64,000 nt of DNA, taken from positions 62,001 through 126,000 of the forward strand of contig QPGO01000144.1 in assembly GCA_008632985.1 (NCBI GenBank). The letters are read 5' to 3'. Both the position numbers and the translations under genes were made by a program. Numbering within the stretch: the first letter of the stretch is position 1; each line of letters begins with the position of its first letter. Shown here piece by piece: positions 1-11,977 of this stretch. Source of the DNA: Psammoneis japonica. Its lineage: Eukaryota. The notes beneath the pieces are model-generated. The model made no database searches, was not told the DNA's origin, and worked only from the letters and a program-made list of their open reading frames with translations.

Positions 1-976
1 GCATTCAACCTCTTAATTGCCAGCCACTCCTGATGCATCTTTTTTTGTTTCATTGCAAGCTGCAGGCAGTGCAGGCATGTTTTTTGCTCCAGCTCCAGCA
101 AATCCTGCAGCATCCCATCCATCATCTTTGGGCTGCAACTCTGTTCACAATCTCTGCAGAGCATGCCCGTTTCCTCCGTTTCCTTGTTGTTGAGTGTGAA
201 CATGACACTGAGGAACAATGTTTCCTTGACATGCTCTCTTGCCTTTGCCATGTCTTGCATCACCTTGGTGTGATCCGCCACCCAATTGGCTGAGCTTGTC
301 TGCCACTCCACAATGACCATTGTCCTTTGCTGCTGCCACAGTGTTTTTTCTGGTGCGTGCTGAAGTGCACTGAAGCAAGGTGATGGATGTGGTTGAGTCT
401 TGTGGATGATGTGCATGTGACGGTTGTCTTTTTCCCTTCTGCACATTTTTTGCTTGCCTGGGCAGGGTCTTCTCCCCACATCTTTTTGTTTGGCTGCACA
501 TCTTGCTTTTCATCTTCAATGTCTGAACATTTGCTTGCCATGATGTCCAATGTCTCTTTGTGGCCAACTCTCTAACGGCTGTTGCTGCCATGCCAATCAA
601 CTCCCACTCAAAAATCAACCAAGTCTGCACTCAACAATTTGATTCAAAAATCAATCTGACACCTGCGCACCAACAAACGGCTCTTGTGAACAAGCATCAA
701 ATTGTTTCATCCTGCTTCCGCAGCTGTCTTTTTCCAATCAAACTTTTGGCTTGGCATGGCTTTTTGCCACCGTTGCCACTGCCACCCACAAAGTGCAGCC
801 CGCCCCAGTGTGTCTGCCACAACTCAATTGAGCCAGTCATCGCAAGCCACCATTTTTGTTTTCCAAGAACAGCAAATTGCTTGTCAGTCATCCGTTTCTG
901 CCTCTGAGAAAGACAAAGCAGCAAATCCCTGCACAGACTTTCAATGGAGATGAGGACCCACCCAGGAGCCCATGCG

Positions 977-1424
977 CAGCATGCATGCGGACAAAAGGTC
1001 ATTTTTGTCATGACCTTTGTGACATTTAAACTGTGACACGTCGCCGTGATGCATTGACTCTTACAAGCAACTGGACACTGCACTCCTCCCCATGCATCAC
1101 GCGACCTTGCGGCTCTTGCCAACGTGACATGACACTGAACGTGTTTGACGGAACAGTGTGGGTGCGTGCAAAGGAACACACAGAACTTGTGCAGAGTTTT
1201 GCGCATTCAACAGTGATCAACGTTGCTGCAGACAACTCCCACTCAGGGTTTTGAACCCCTGGTCTTCTGCCCAACTGATGTTCACGCAATGAACCACTCC
1301 GCTGTGAATTTACAAAGCAGCGTGCATGCAGACAAAAGGTTGTTTGTGTCATGACCTTTGTGACATTTAAACTGCAACACGTCGCTGTGATGCATTGGCT
1401 CTTGCAAGTGGCTGGACATTGCAC
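977..1424 (+). repeat. ~105-bp direct repeat, two copies (977-1083 and ~1319-1424)
   Basis: Both copies read gcatgc.gacaaaagg....ttgtcatgacctttgtgacatttaaactg...cacgtcgc.gtgatgcattg.ctctt.caag...ctggaca.tgcac. Differences are mainly tg/ca/ta/cg swaps. Confidence 0.85.
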
Positions 1425-1551
1425 ATGCCCCACCCCCCATGAAGAAGCAGAGGACAGGAGGAGGAAGAGGAGGAGGACAAATGTGATGATGATTCCTCTC
1501 AATGCGAAATGTTCCCTGCGCATGAATGGGAGCCAGTCCCATTCATGTTGA

Positions 1552-2709
1552 TTGATGAAGTTCAAGCCAAACTGGAGCGGCAAAGAGAGGTCACTTTTTC
1601 ATGGCAATCACATTTGTTTTTTGTCTGATTGTGCTGACATCATCACATTGATTTCTTGTTCTAACAGGAAGAAGGCCGCCGGTGATTTGTTGTCATTCGC
1701 AATGAACAAAAGTGACGATTGCGAGGAGGAGTCAATTGACCAGAAAACAAGCGAACTTCCAACCACTTGCATGGGTGAAGAGGACAAAAGCGAAGAGCCT
1801 GTTGACAATGAGCACAACCAAGTTGCACATTGCTCCGAGGGTGAAGAGGACCACAGCGACTTGGGAGGTTGTTTCGCAAGTGACAAAACTAACGGGGAAA
1901 CACACAATGTGCTGTGGTTGGGGATGACCCGTCCGCTCAATGCAAGGCAACTATCTTCTCAAGAATTGTGCTCTGAGAAGGGGGTGGCCTTAGCATCGTC
2001 CAACCAACACAGGCGAGACGAGGCCCGCACAATGGCATTTGAGGAATCTAACAAAACAATCACAAACGTCGTTCCAACAGTTTCTCTCCAAGACGGCCAT
2101 CCTGATCTGCACTTAAATTGCAATGTGAAAGCAAGAGATTTCATCAAGAGAGTCAAGCAGCAGTTTGAGAAACTTGTTGATTTCGACAATCATGGGTTCG
2201 ACCAAATCATGTTGGACTGCTGCTGGATGCCAGATGGAGAGTGGTGCGACAGTTGTTTTGGGACGACTCAATTTTTCCAAAATCTGGTTGATCTTCTGGC
2301 CTTGCTCTCCAAAAACAAAGAAGGGGGGGACATGGTGATTCCCTTTGCTCTTGCAACCTTCTTCCAGGTTGTCAAACAATGGAAGAAATTATTGGCTGTG
2401 TTCGACATGTGCACAATGGACAATGATGCTGCAAAGAGCCGTGCGAGCATGTTCTTTGCAAGCAACCTTGTGGCCCAAGAACAACAAGAACGGTGGTTGG
2501 GAAAGCCTTCCGATCAGGAAGAAGCTCATCTTGGAGTTTCCAAAGAAGACATCAGAACAAAAGCAATGAAAGGTGCTCGTGCCGCACTGCTTCACGTGCA
2601 CCACAATGACTTTGCCAATTCTGAAAGGATCAAATTCATCATGTTTGCAAGAAAGAGCCAGGAAATCACTGTGAGTGAATGGCAGATTGATGCGCGCATC
2701 CCATTTTAG
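1552..2709 (+). pseudogene. Hypermutated TE-associated ORF with possible class I SAM-dependent methyltransferase-like fold
   Basis: 385-aa Tyr-free ORF. Motifs VLWLGM, FDQIMLDCCWMP (restorable to FDQIILDYYWIP) and FFQNLVDLLALLSKNKEGGDMVIP. The 3' end runs into the element starting at 2667. Confidence 0.4.
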
Positions 2710-5017
2710 AAACAAATCTGACCAACACTTCCTTCTGTCCTGTGCAGCCCAAACAAACAGGGCCTTTTCTTGTGCTTCTGCCACTCCTGGACATTCTTCA
2801 TAAACCAAAACATTGTCCCCAATTGCTTCGACAGGGACAACCCGTGACTCAGGTGAGCACTGAGTCTTCTCAGGCGTTGAAAGCCAGTTGTTTTGTTTGT
2901 GATCAAGCTGCCAGCGACTGACCAAGTCTGCATGCTGATGCTGTTGCCTCACAGTTCTCTGGTCAATGTTGACAGGGCCTTCATCAAGACTCATGCTCGT
3001 CGTCCTTGTCTTGTGGATGAGAAGGGAAAAGAAGAACAACACACAAAAAATGGCGGGAAAATGGCAAACATTACATTGTCTTCCAGATTTTGATAATTCT
3101 TGCAGGTGTGACGTGTCTGCATTTTGATTTTTTATCTGGCATTTACAATGAATGTTGTTCTTTTTTATTTGCTGTCAAAATGAAGGACATCATCTCCGTT
3201 GAAACCCAATGACAGCCACATCAAAAAGTGAGTTGGACTGTTCATTGTTGCACACAAACACATTTTCAAATTTCAATGTCACTGACAACAATTTGTGCAA
3301 TGTCACAGAGAAAAACAGAGTGGCTGGCTGTCTCAACACGACCCAGATGACGGTTGCACTGTCAAACAGCAACACTGCTCTCATTGTTGCTGTGTGAAGA
3401 TCAAGATGTCGTCTTGAGCACCACCGGCAAAGAAGAGAAAGAAAAATGAGACCATTGAGCCAATGAGCCCAAGACTTCAGGCAGTGTTGAAGAGAACAGG
3501 TGCGCAGGCAGCGCATGGTGCATTGAAATCAGAAGCAGAGAAGGTGGCCAGAAATGATCTCTTTCCACAGGTGAAGTTTCTCAGTCCATCAGAATTGGCA
3601 AGTGATGGGAGCGTCTCAATGTTTGTCAAGAAACAGATTGCTGGTGGCAACATGGACACTTCAAATTGGTCAGGAACTTGGGAGGAATGGGCAAAAAAGG
3701 CGGTAAAAAGGCAAACCAACAATGGCAGAAACACGGTGTGTTCGGCCATTGGGGCGGAGGCAATGGCCCGCAAGTCAAGTGACCAATGTGTGTGATTTGA
3801 GAGTTGTGCGCATCTCACAAGAAGATGACGGTGATGCTTTGTCCATGTGGGCATTGTTGCTGAGGAAGAGGGAAAGGAAAAAGAAAAGAAACTCAAGGCG
3901 GCAGTCAGGAGGAAAAAGCAAAGCAGGAAAAAGTCAAGCCGTGACAAGAATGAAGAGAATGACATCCCGTTTGTGCCGACATGGGATCCGTTTAGCCTGG
4001 GCACTGTCACCGGCGGCAAACGAAGGAACAAGCAGGCATGCAAGTGGTTCTGTGATCACATCCCACCTCAAACCAAGCAAAAACAGGCACGGAGCAGCAC
4101 CGTCAAAACTGGGAATGCACAGGTCTCACAGTTGTTTGCGGCAGGTGACGAAGCTTTGGCGCCATCAGCTGTGGAGAATTGTTGGCAGGTGTGGGCATGC
4201 AGGAACAAGGAGGAGGCGGTGGAAGAATTGGGTGAGGAAATGGAGCCCGAAGAAACAAGGCCTGCCCCTCGGTGCACGAAGCCAAAGAAACAACGAGTGA
4301 CTTGGGGAGACGACGGAATCATTCGGTTCAACCATTTGCACAAAGAGGTGACGAAAGACAGAGACTCCAAGGAGGGCAAGGAGTTTGAAAAGTGGCATGT
4401 GGAGATCAAGAAAAGTGAGTGCAAGAAGTCCGGAGAAGCAAAAAAGAAGAAGAAGATGGCACCGACCGGTGACACGGAGAAGGTGAAGGCAATGAACAGC
4501 CCAATGGTGGAGAGCAGCAGGGACGACAATGGCAATGACGATGAGCAGGAGGAAGGCGCAAAAGGCAAAACGAATGATGGAGGAGACGATTCCGATGAAG
4601 ACGAGTCCAATGAAGACGAGTCCAACAATGATTGTCAGCTCAGTTTAAGAGAGTTGTAGCAAGAAAATGTGCACACAGTTGACACAGCACTCGGTCATTG
4701 CACTGCAGATGTAACAAGGAATTGACTTGACCGATGAAATGTTTTTCTCGTTTAAAACAATGTTTACGAAAATTGACAAACCAAGGTTTGTGTGGCAATG
4801 CAATCGCGCATTGGCATGTGGCAACAAGGTGGAGGCAGAAATGGTGATGTGGACACAGTGAAAAACAGCATGCACAATTCTTAACAAGTTGTTGCAATGT
4901 TGGCACACCAAACTTGCAACCAGAGGTTGGCCTGTCATCACATGACAACAAAGTTTTGCAATGTTTCAATGAATTGTCATCATGCAAATCTACACATTTT
5001 TAACATTTTGTGCACTC
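2667..5017. mobile_element. Internal-deletion derivative of the Plavaka/CACTA-like element at 29965-35698
   Basis: 2667-2965 aligns to 29965-30263 and 2966-5017 aligns to ~33679-35698. About 3.4 kb containing nearly all of the transposase is missing. Confidence 0.85.
3406..4659 (+). pseudogene. Element accessory ORF2 (copy 1), one intron ~3770-3849
   Basis: PAKKRKK NLS-like start, LFPQVKF..W..NGRN.V and WF.D..P..EALA...ENCW blocks, acidic tail, TAG stop at 4657-4659. Splice donor degraded to gcaagt. Confidence 0.65.
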
Positions 5018-5101
5018 TTGTGTGGCGCTCTTGCCGCTTCTTTGTCCTCTCCCCTGGATGAGACATCTGAAGAGCTCACCTTGCCCCCGGATCTGCCCGC
5101 T

Positions 5102-5493
5102 GATGGGTTTCAGCCCCAGGCGGGACTTCGTGTGACATTGGCCCGTGAATTCTGCGTGCGAGCTCCACAGCAAATTTGTGCTGCAATGAAAATGTGAATG
5201 ATCGCCAACAGAAAAAGAGGCAATTTTGCAAACGCATCTCCTCCTTCATGCTTGGAGCACATCAACAATGGTTTGCCCGGGTGTGTTCCAAAGACATCAA
5301 AGAGTGCACCCAGCGTGTTTTCATTCTCATGGCTGTTGAAATGGAAAGCCTTTGGCTTTGCAAAACAGGGAGTGTGAAACAATTTCACAGAACACAACAC
5401 GTGGAAATGCAGTGCACGACATGCGACGCGATCCAAAAATGATTGATGTCACAGTGCAGCAGTGCAAGGTCCCACCTGGAGCTGGAATGCATC
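5102..5493. mobile_element. MITE, GTTCCAG-TIR family (subfamily B), 392 bp
   Basis: Termini gatgggtttcagccccaggcggga / tcccacctggagctggaatgcatc. 4-bp TSD cgct/cact. Homologous to 63462-63859. Confidence 0.8.
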
Positions 5494-5499
5494 CACTGT

Positions 5500-8400
5500 C
5501 CCCCCCACCACTGCTAACTCGGATCCCTTGCACAGGGAGGCAGTCACCTGATCCACCAACCTTTTCACTCTCAGAGGAAGCTTTGTTGGAGCTGATCATG
5601 CTGTGCGAAAATTCCGGTGCTGCTTGTCAGTTTTGCAAGCAGTTGCTTGCCCTGTCACAATGATTTCACAAGAAGTGGAAATTTGATTGTTCCCAGTGTC
5701 TTGGGCCAGACTTGTTGGTGAAGAAACTCCACAAGAAGGTTTTCCTGCCCCAGCCTGACATTCGCATCATTGGCGGACAGGAAGTCACTTGCTTTTGCAT
5801 GCTGGACATGTTGAGAGATTTGCTCACCCACTCAATGTTTGACAATGAGCACAGCCTCAATGTGAACAAGTCCCTGCAGGCATGTTTCCACAAGTTCGTT
5901 CCTGTTGATGGGTGCAATCTTGGCAAGAACATGTCCAACAAATGGTGCTTCAAAACATGTGATGACCTCCCCAACAACTTTGACTGTGAGAAAGACTTGT
6001 TCTTGCCAATCAGCTTGTGCGCTGATCAGACAGGGGCTGATGCCTGTCAAAGGTGTCCCCTTGAACCCTGGTTGTTTTGTGTTCTTCTTGACAAGAGGTT
6101 GTGCTTGGCGTCACCTTGGGTTCATGCCAAGCACAGACAAGGGTGGGGCAAGTGGCGCACTTGATGAAAACGGCAATGTGAACAAAGACGGACAAGTGGG
6201 CAAGTCTTCTTCATCAATCATGCAGGTTTGCCATGACATGTTGTCTTTCCTCTCATAAGATTTGAAGGGACTTGGGTGGTGTTTGCATTGTGTCCCATCT
6301 CAACAAGCCAACACTTGGATGGACCAGGTCCACTTGAGCATTTGGAAAGGACAGTCCATTGGATGGCTGCCTCAAGAGGCAACAGAAGCTTGTGGCGGCC
6401 CTTCTTTTGCATCTGCACACAATGAACCCGCTGCAAAGCACCTTTGACAGTGTCAACTTTGGCAGCAATCTGTGGGGTGTGTTTTCAGCAATGGCTGATG
6501 ATCACCTTCATTCCTGGGAAGCAGGTGGTGTGGAGAACATCATGCAAGTCTTGCACTTTGGACTCACCAAGACAGAGAAGGAAAACTTTGAGATGGAGCT
6601 GAAAGCTGTCATTGGAAGCTGCAGATCCACGGCCTTGGTGCAACACCCAAGAGGTTGCTTGAGTTCTGGCTTCAGCAGAAAATGACTCTCCAGACCCACT
6701 CTGAAAAAATGGGTTTGCTGTTCCACCTGTGCACAGCAGTGCAATGTCTCAAGCCATGTGAGACAATGAAAAGGGCACATGAACAAAAGAAGAAACAAAA
6801 AACATTTCCCTCAACTGCAAAACTTGCCTCTCTGCAGAAAAAACCAAAGAAAAGCAAGAACAAAAAGGCAAATGCAATCAACAAGCCATCTTCCAATGTT
6901 TCTCAAGGAATTGATGACAGCTCATCTTCCAACAAGGAGAGCTTCAGTTGGTTGTGGCAAAAGATCTTGCTCATCCACGACTGCCTGTGGGCGCAACAAA
7001 AAGCAACAAAGAGTCACTCAGGAGGCTGCCTGAGACAGGGAAAATGCACAAAAGGCTGCTGAGGAGGCAGCACAAAGGAAGCCTCCTCCAAGGAAGAAAA
7101 TGACAAAAAACGCTTCCACCCACTGCTTTTCCCTGCAGGAAGGACACTTTTTTTGCCACGGACCATGGCAGCAAAGATCCTTTTGATCACAAATTGGGAA
7201 CAATCCAGTGTGTCATCAAGCACCTGAAGCTCCACAGATTTGCTTTTTTGCCAGAGGATGACTTCAATGAGTTTCAGCTGAATCAGCTGTTCATCAAATC
7301 TTGGAAGATTTTGAAAACCATCAAAAGCAAGGAGGATGATTTTTGCCCACCACATGACGTCCTTGACTCCATCACATGTCCCATTGTTGGGGACTGCTGT
7401 GATTGCCTTTTACAAAGAAATCAGGGAATGCTTTCAAACGTTGACATGTGCATTGACTCCAGGCAGTTGGCCACAGAGGAATCATGTGAAGGGGAGGATG
7501 TGGCAGTTCAGAATCCAGGCCAGTTCTCTTGCCCAATGGAGAATTGTGTTGTGAAGCAATTGACACACGGGTGCAACATCATTCAACATGATGACCTTCT
7601 CTTCTTTCTTGGAGCACATTCTTTGCTGCCATGCATTTTGTCATTGTTCCCACCATCTTCTGGGAGCAATGCAGAAGGATCATGCTGTGATTTGCTTTGG
7701 GACAAAGTGAGTGGTTGGCTGCATGGACACCATCCTGTGCCAGGGTGACAACTTGGCAGACTTTGACATGGGAAAGGTTGAAGCCCAGAACCACAAGGAC
7801 TTTCATCATTCAAGGCTTGGTGACAACATGCAATCACATGCATTGACAGGTGAGAGACTTTTGAAAACCAAAGCAAAGAAGATCTCCAAGGTGGCCCAGA
7901 AGCACAGTGAGGCCACTTTCCTCCAACAGACATGCAAACAAATTTGTGAAGCCCTTCTGTGCAGAAGGTGTGTGGATGAGATCGCCGTGCAGAAGTCGGA
8001 AGAAAACCTTGCATTGCATGGTCTTGTAGATGATGCATCCTCCATTGCCAATGGTGATGGAGAATCCAAAGTTGCCCAACACATGCCACACTTTGTCTTC
8101 CAGCACGATTGTTTTGAGGACCTGTTGGCACTTGATTGACATGGTGACAAAAGCCCAACTGACAAGGAAATGAGCACACCTTGCTGAGCCTTCCTTGAAG
8201 CCATCCAAGAACTGGAACCAGACCAACCCAGGTTTGACATGTGGAATGAAGCAAAACTTGCAAATGGTGACTGCCTCTGAGCTTGCCCACTGTGCTGCTC
8301 CAAAGAGGGCCCCTGGTTTGATTGGGCAGAAGTCCATTTTGACATGGATGATGCATCTTGCAAACCCCGCCCTGCATGTGTCGTCAGTTTCTACAAGGAT

Positions 8401-8772
8401 TCTGGTGGGGTTGCAAAGGCAATCATTCATTCTGTTGACTGCAAGTTGGTGTCCACGTGGGTGACCGAGTCCGATTTCGGGGACAACAGATTGTTCACTC
8501 ATCATGTGCAAGAATTTCAATCATCTGGAAGACCATCAATGCAGAACATTGGCCTTCATTCAATGCATCGTGGCATTCTCTGTTCCTGTCAAAGCAACAC
8601 AAAGACCCGGTCCCCCGAAGTGTGCAATCAAAACCAGAGGAGGGAACACCAAGTGATGGTGGTGAAACCCCGCTTGGACTGGGCAAAGATGTTTTGCAAA
8701 TGGACAAGGGAAATGATGTCAAGAGAGAAGAGTGCTGAGGGCACTGACAAGTGCATCTTTTGGAGCAATTGA
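5500..8772 (+). pseudogene. Degenerate Plavaka/CACTA(CMC)-like transposase, second subfamily
   Basis: Motifs across frames: LFLPISLCADQTGADACQRCPLEPW (cf. LY.DKTG...YPLEP), AWRHLGFMP, CHDMLS, FDSVNFGSN.WGVFSA..DDHLHSWEAG, GERLLKTKAKKISKVAQK. Frameshifts, and the I.GD block appears deleted near 6270. Confidence 0.7.
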
Positions 8773-9525
8773 AATGCAGACAATGTGGGCTTGCATTGGA
8801 GGCTGGATTGCCAAGCTGTTTTCTTCCAGTGTGGCTGGAAATGATGCACTGCCACAACGAGAGCCTCCGTGCAATCTTGGGTTGGAGATGCCATGTTCAA
8901 GGACTTCCTCTCCAGCCATCGCTGCTCTGTCAGTCTCCTTCAATGCCTTGTTGATGCCTTTTCTCCGCCTTTGCAAACCCACTCTCTTTTTGTTGTTGCT
9001 TTTCCACATGTCAGAGCAGATCAAATCTTTGGTCTCAGTCTGGCTTGCTTCAACCAGCAGATCCACAAATGATTGCTTGTCCTCCTTCTTGAGGTTTGTC
9101 AAGTTGTTGCCCTTGTGGTGCACCAATGGAGCCAGTTTGTCTTGAATCAGATTCCTGATTGCATGAGTTGCATCCATCATCTTCTTTTTCATCTGGGCTG
9201 AAGCATTGTCTCCAGCGATGGGCCGCCAGTGGGGTGAATCAAAGCTGCACAGCAGGGACCCATTGACAACTTTCTCCTGCATGTCCTCCATGGACACAGG
9301 ATCATCCATCATGAGGCCATTGTCATGCTTGGTGCATTTTTCAGCAATCTCAGCATCATTGTGCAGTCTGACAGCATGAACCCATGCATTGTGGGAATGC
9401 TTTTGCTTGATGCATGCAGCAAGAAACTCTTTGTGAGCTTCTTCAACTTGTGCATTGGTTGCAATGCCACCAGCCAACACACTTGTGAGTGACTGCTTGG
9501 ATTCCTGCAACCTGATGTGGCACCT
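8770..9525 (-). pseudogene. Hypermutated ORF remnant of unknown function, cut by a MITE
   Basis: Protein-like, Tyr-free ~250-aa stretch (QESKQSLTSVLAGG...KKMMDATHAIRNLIQDKL) convergent with the transposase. Confidence 0.35.
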
Positions 9526-9746
9526 GACGCGTTCCAGACGTAGGTGGGAATCCGTGTGACATTGGGCCCGTAGACTTCTACGTGCGAGCTCCGCAGCAAA
9601 ATTGCACGGCAATTAAAATGCCAATGATCGCCAACAGAAAATGAGGCAATTTTGCGAACGAACAAACTCGCACATGATTGAAGCACATCATTTTTTACTT
9701 GGCCAGTTGCATTCTTCAGACATTGAAGAATGCAACTGGCGCATTG
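9526..9746. mobile_element. Truncated MITE, GTTCCAG-TIR family (subfamily A), inverted relative to 31981-32376
   Basis: Starts gacgcgttccagacgtaggtgggaatcc, the reverse complement of the right part of the 31981 copy. Second TIR absent. Confidence 0.8.
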
Positions 9747-9933
9747 ACATTCTCACAGGATTTTGCTTTCTCCTGCAACCTCTGGGCCTCCGCAGAGTCA
9801 CACCCACTGTTTCATCCATGACACCTGACATCTGGAGGCCATCAAGACCAAGATCGCCATCTCCTGCAAGGTCTGTTTCAGCATTGTTGTCATTGGATTT
9901 GCCATTGCCAAGAGAGTTTCTTCAATGTCCGAA

Positions 9934-10160
9934 TCAAAAATCCTTCAAGAGAGTCTTGTCACCAATGTCGCGCTTGAAGCAATTGTCTTTGATGCAAAGC
10001 TCTCCCAAATTGGCAAATTTGTTGAGAATCGTGAAATTGCTCATGAAGGAATTGTTGTTGAGATGAAGTTTCACAAGAGACATTAATTCTCCCATTGCAG
10101 TTGGAACTGGGCTGGCGAAGTTGTTGTTGTTGAGTCCAAAGATCCCAAGAGCTGTTCCAA
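9934..10160 (-). pseudogene. Hypermutated leucine-rich-repeat gene fragment
   Basis: ALGIFGLNNNNFASPVPTAMGELMSLVKLHLNNNSF...LGELCIKDN matches the plant-type LxxLxLxxNxFxGxIPxxxGxL repeat, with LYL->LHL and LYI->LCI. Confidence 0.6.
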
Positions 10161-11977
10161 ACACCCCTTTTTCAAAAAAAATCACGTCAAAATCAATCGG
10201 GCAAAAAGCACCCAGAAAACTTTGATTTTGGATTGTTTGATGTGGTTTTTCATGTTGGCCAGCAGCTGTCAAATCAAAAATTGATCTTGACGACACACAT
10301 GAAAAATGAAGTTGCAAAATCAAAGCAACATGACCCATCAAAATGTCGCTCCACAGTGTTGAGCTTCATTGTCAATGTCCAAACCACACCAACCAACAAC
10401 AAAAGCATCACTCCTGGCTCAATCATTGTCAACTTGTGGCAACAAAAGTGACCTCTTTAGAATGGCAGCAACTCATTTGATTGCAGGGCCAGTCTCACAC
10501 CAGTGTGAAGTGCTTGCAGTTGACTCGTGCTGTTTTCAGATGAAGCAAAGCTGTGCATTGTTTTCTTCTTGACATCAGCCATGATAGATTTTGGATCCCT
10601 TGTGGTGGAAAGAGGGGACGAATGAATGTTGCCATTGATCTTCTGCATTAAATTTGGTCATGTGCAGTTCTGTTCTTGCTGTGAGCATCACTCCAGATGC
10701 CTTGTGGCTTGTGTTTGTGGCCACACGACACAATGACAATTTTTTTGGGACAAACAAGCTGCTGCACTCTGCATGTGAGGTGCAAAAAAAGGAAAATGTG
10801 TGACACCACTGGATCCACCACATTGATTTTACAGACATTTGTGGCTCCGCTTTTGCCCTGGCCTTTGGTGCCCCAGATGCTTTGTGGCTCACTTTTGTGT
10901 CAAAACGACACAAGAAAATTGTTTTTGTGCAGCAACAAAAAATCCGTGGTGCTGTTCTTTGCGTGAGCCACAACATTTCACTTTGTCTTTTTTGAGGTGC
11001 ATCATGTGCAATCAACGCCATCACAAAAGGGGTTCAAAAGTGTCGTCGTGTGTGTTGCTTGAGATCGGATGATCGGAGCGAGATGGCACCAAGCACTGAC
11101 AGGCTGAAGCCGTGTTTGCCTGTTTGTGTGGTTGAAAGATTTGGTTAACTTGGATTTGGACAACTTCATTTTTCACTTTTTGGGTGTGGACGGGTCCGGT
11201 GTGTGAGAAACGTCAAGTGCTCATCTGCAATCCACCGTGCCCACCTGGTTCTAAAGAGCACCCAGAGTCTCAAGAGTGGCAGGGTCCAAAGCGTCATTGA
11301 AAAAGAGCACCACCTTTTCTGCACGGCTCTCACTCTCTTTGCTGCCACTGCTGGTTTTGTCACTGGCAATTGCTGCAGTGATTGCTGCAGCAGTCACAAC
11401 AGCAAGAACAGCTGGCACAAAATCAATCCAACAACTCCAAACAACAGACACTTTCTTGATGCTCGTTGATCATTGGTGCTGGCACTCTCCCACCATCGGT
11501 CACCCCCATTGCTGCATTGCTTTCATTGGGCACATGTGCTGCCTCTGCCATGGCACCCCTCTGGTTCTGAAGGGCTTGAACTTCTTGCAGCATGGTTTCG
11601 CCGGAATGTGGCTCCTTGCAAGCGGAGTCATCGTTTGCAACTGAAGCAGCCATCTCTTTTGGGCCGGAGTTTGTCGCAATGAAGACAGTGGCACAGAGCA
11701 GTTTGAAGCCTCATGCTGCAAGCTTCAAATGATTGGCATCCCTGCGGACTGGCCCACTTGTGTCTTTTGTGATGCAAAATGAACACATCATTTGCGCCTG
11801 ATGACCAGCACCAATCTGAAATGGGGCGTGTACTTGCAGCATTAGATTGCCCAAGTGTGTTGTGTTCTCTGATGACGAAAGAATGAAATAAACGCTAAAC
11901 TACAACATGTGACAGCAGAACTATAAGTGATGGTAATTTAAAATAGCCAGAGTTATTACCCAAAGATATGACTGGAG

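Larger units (their letters stand above)
1..11830. other. TpA/CpG-depleted hypermutated transposon domain 1
   Basis: Sequence is saturated with TG/CA and TpA is nearly absent, surviving mostly in ttaa/ctaa/ttag/ttac contexts. ORFs are Tyr-free and Cys/His-rich. Normal TpA use resumes at ~11830. Confidence 0.9.

Noticed and set aside
2667..2680. CACTG (from CACTA) as the element terminal inverted repeat
   Set aside because: Homology does start at cactgtgagtg in both copies, but no convincing inverted match or TSD is found at the other end (5017/35698).
1..11830. Classical RIP or plain CpG methylation decay as the whole explanation
   Set aside because: RIP creates TpA and CpG decay does not consume it. 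Here TpA is the dinucleotide lost, with direction supported by stops, splice sites and Tyr motifs.
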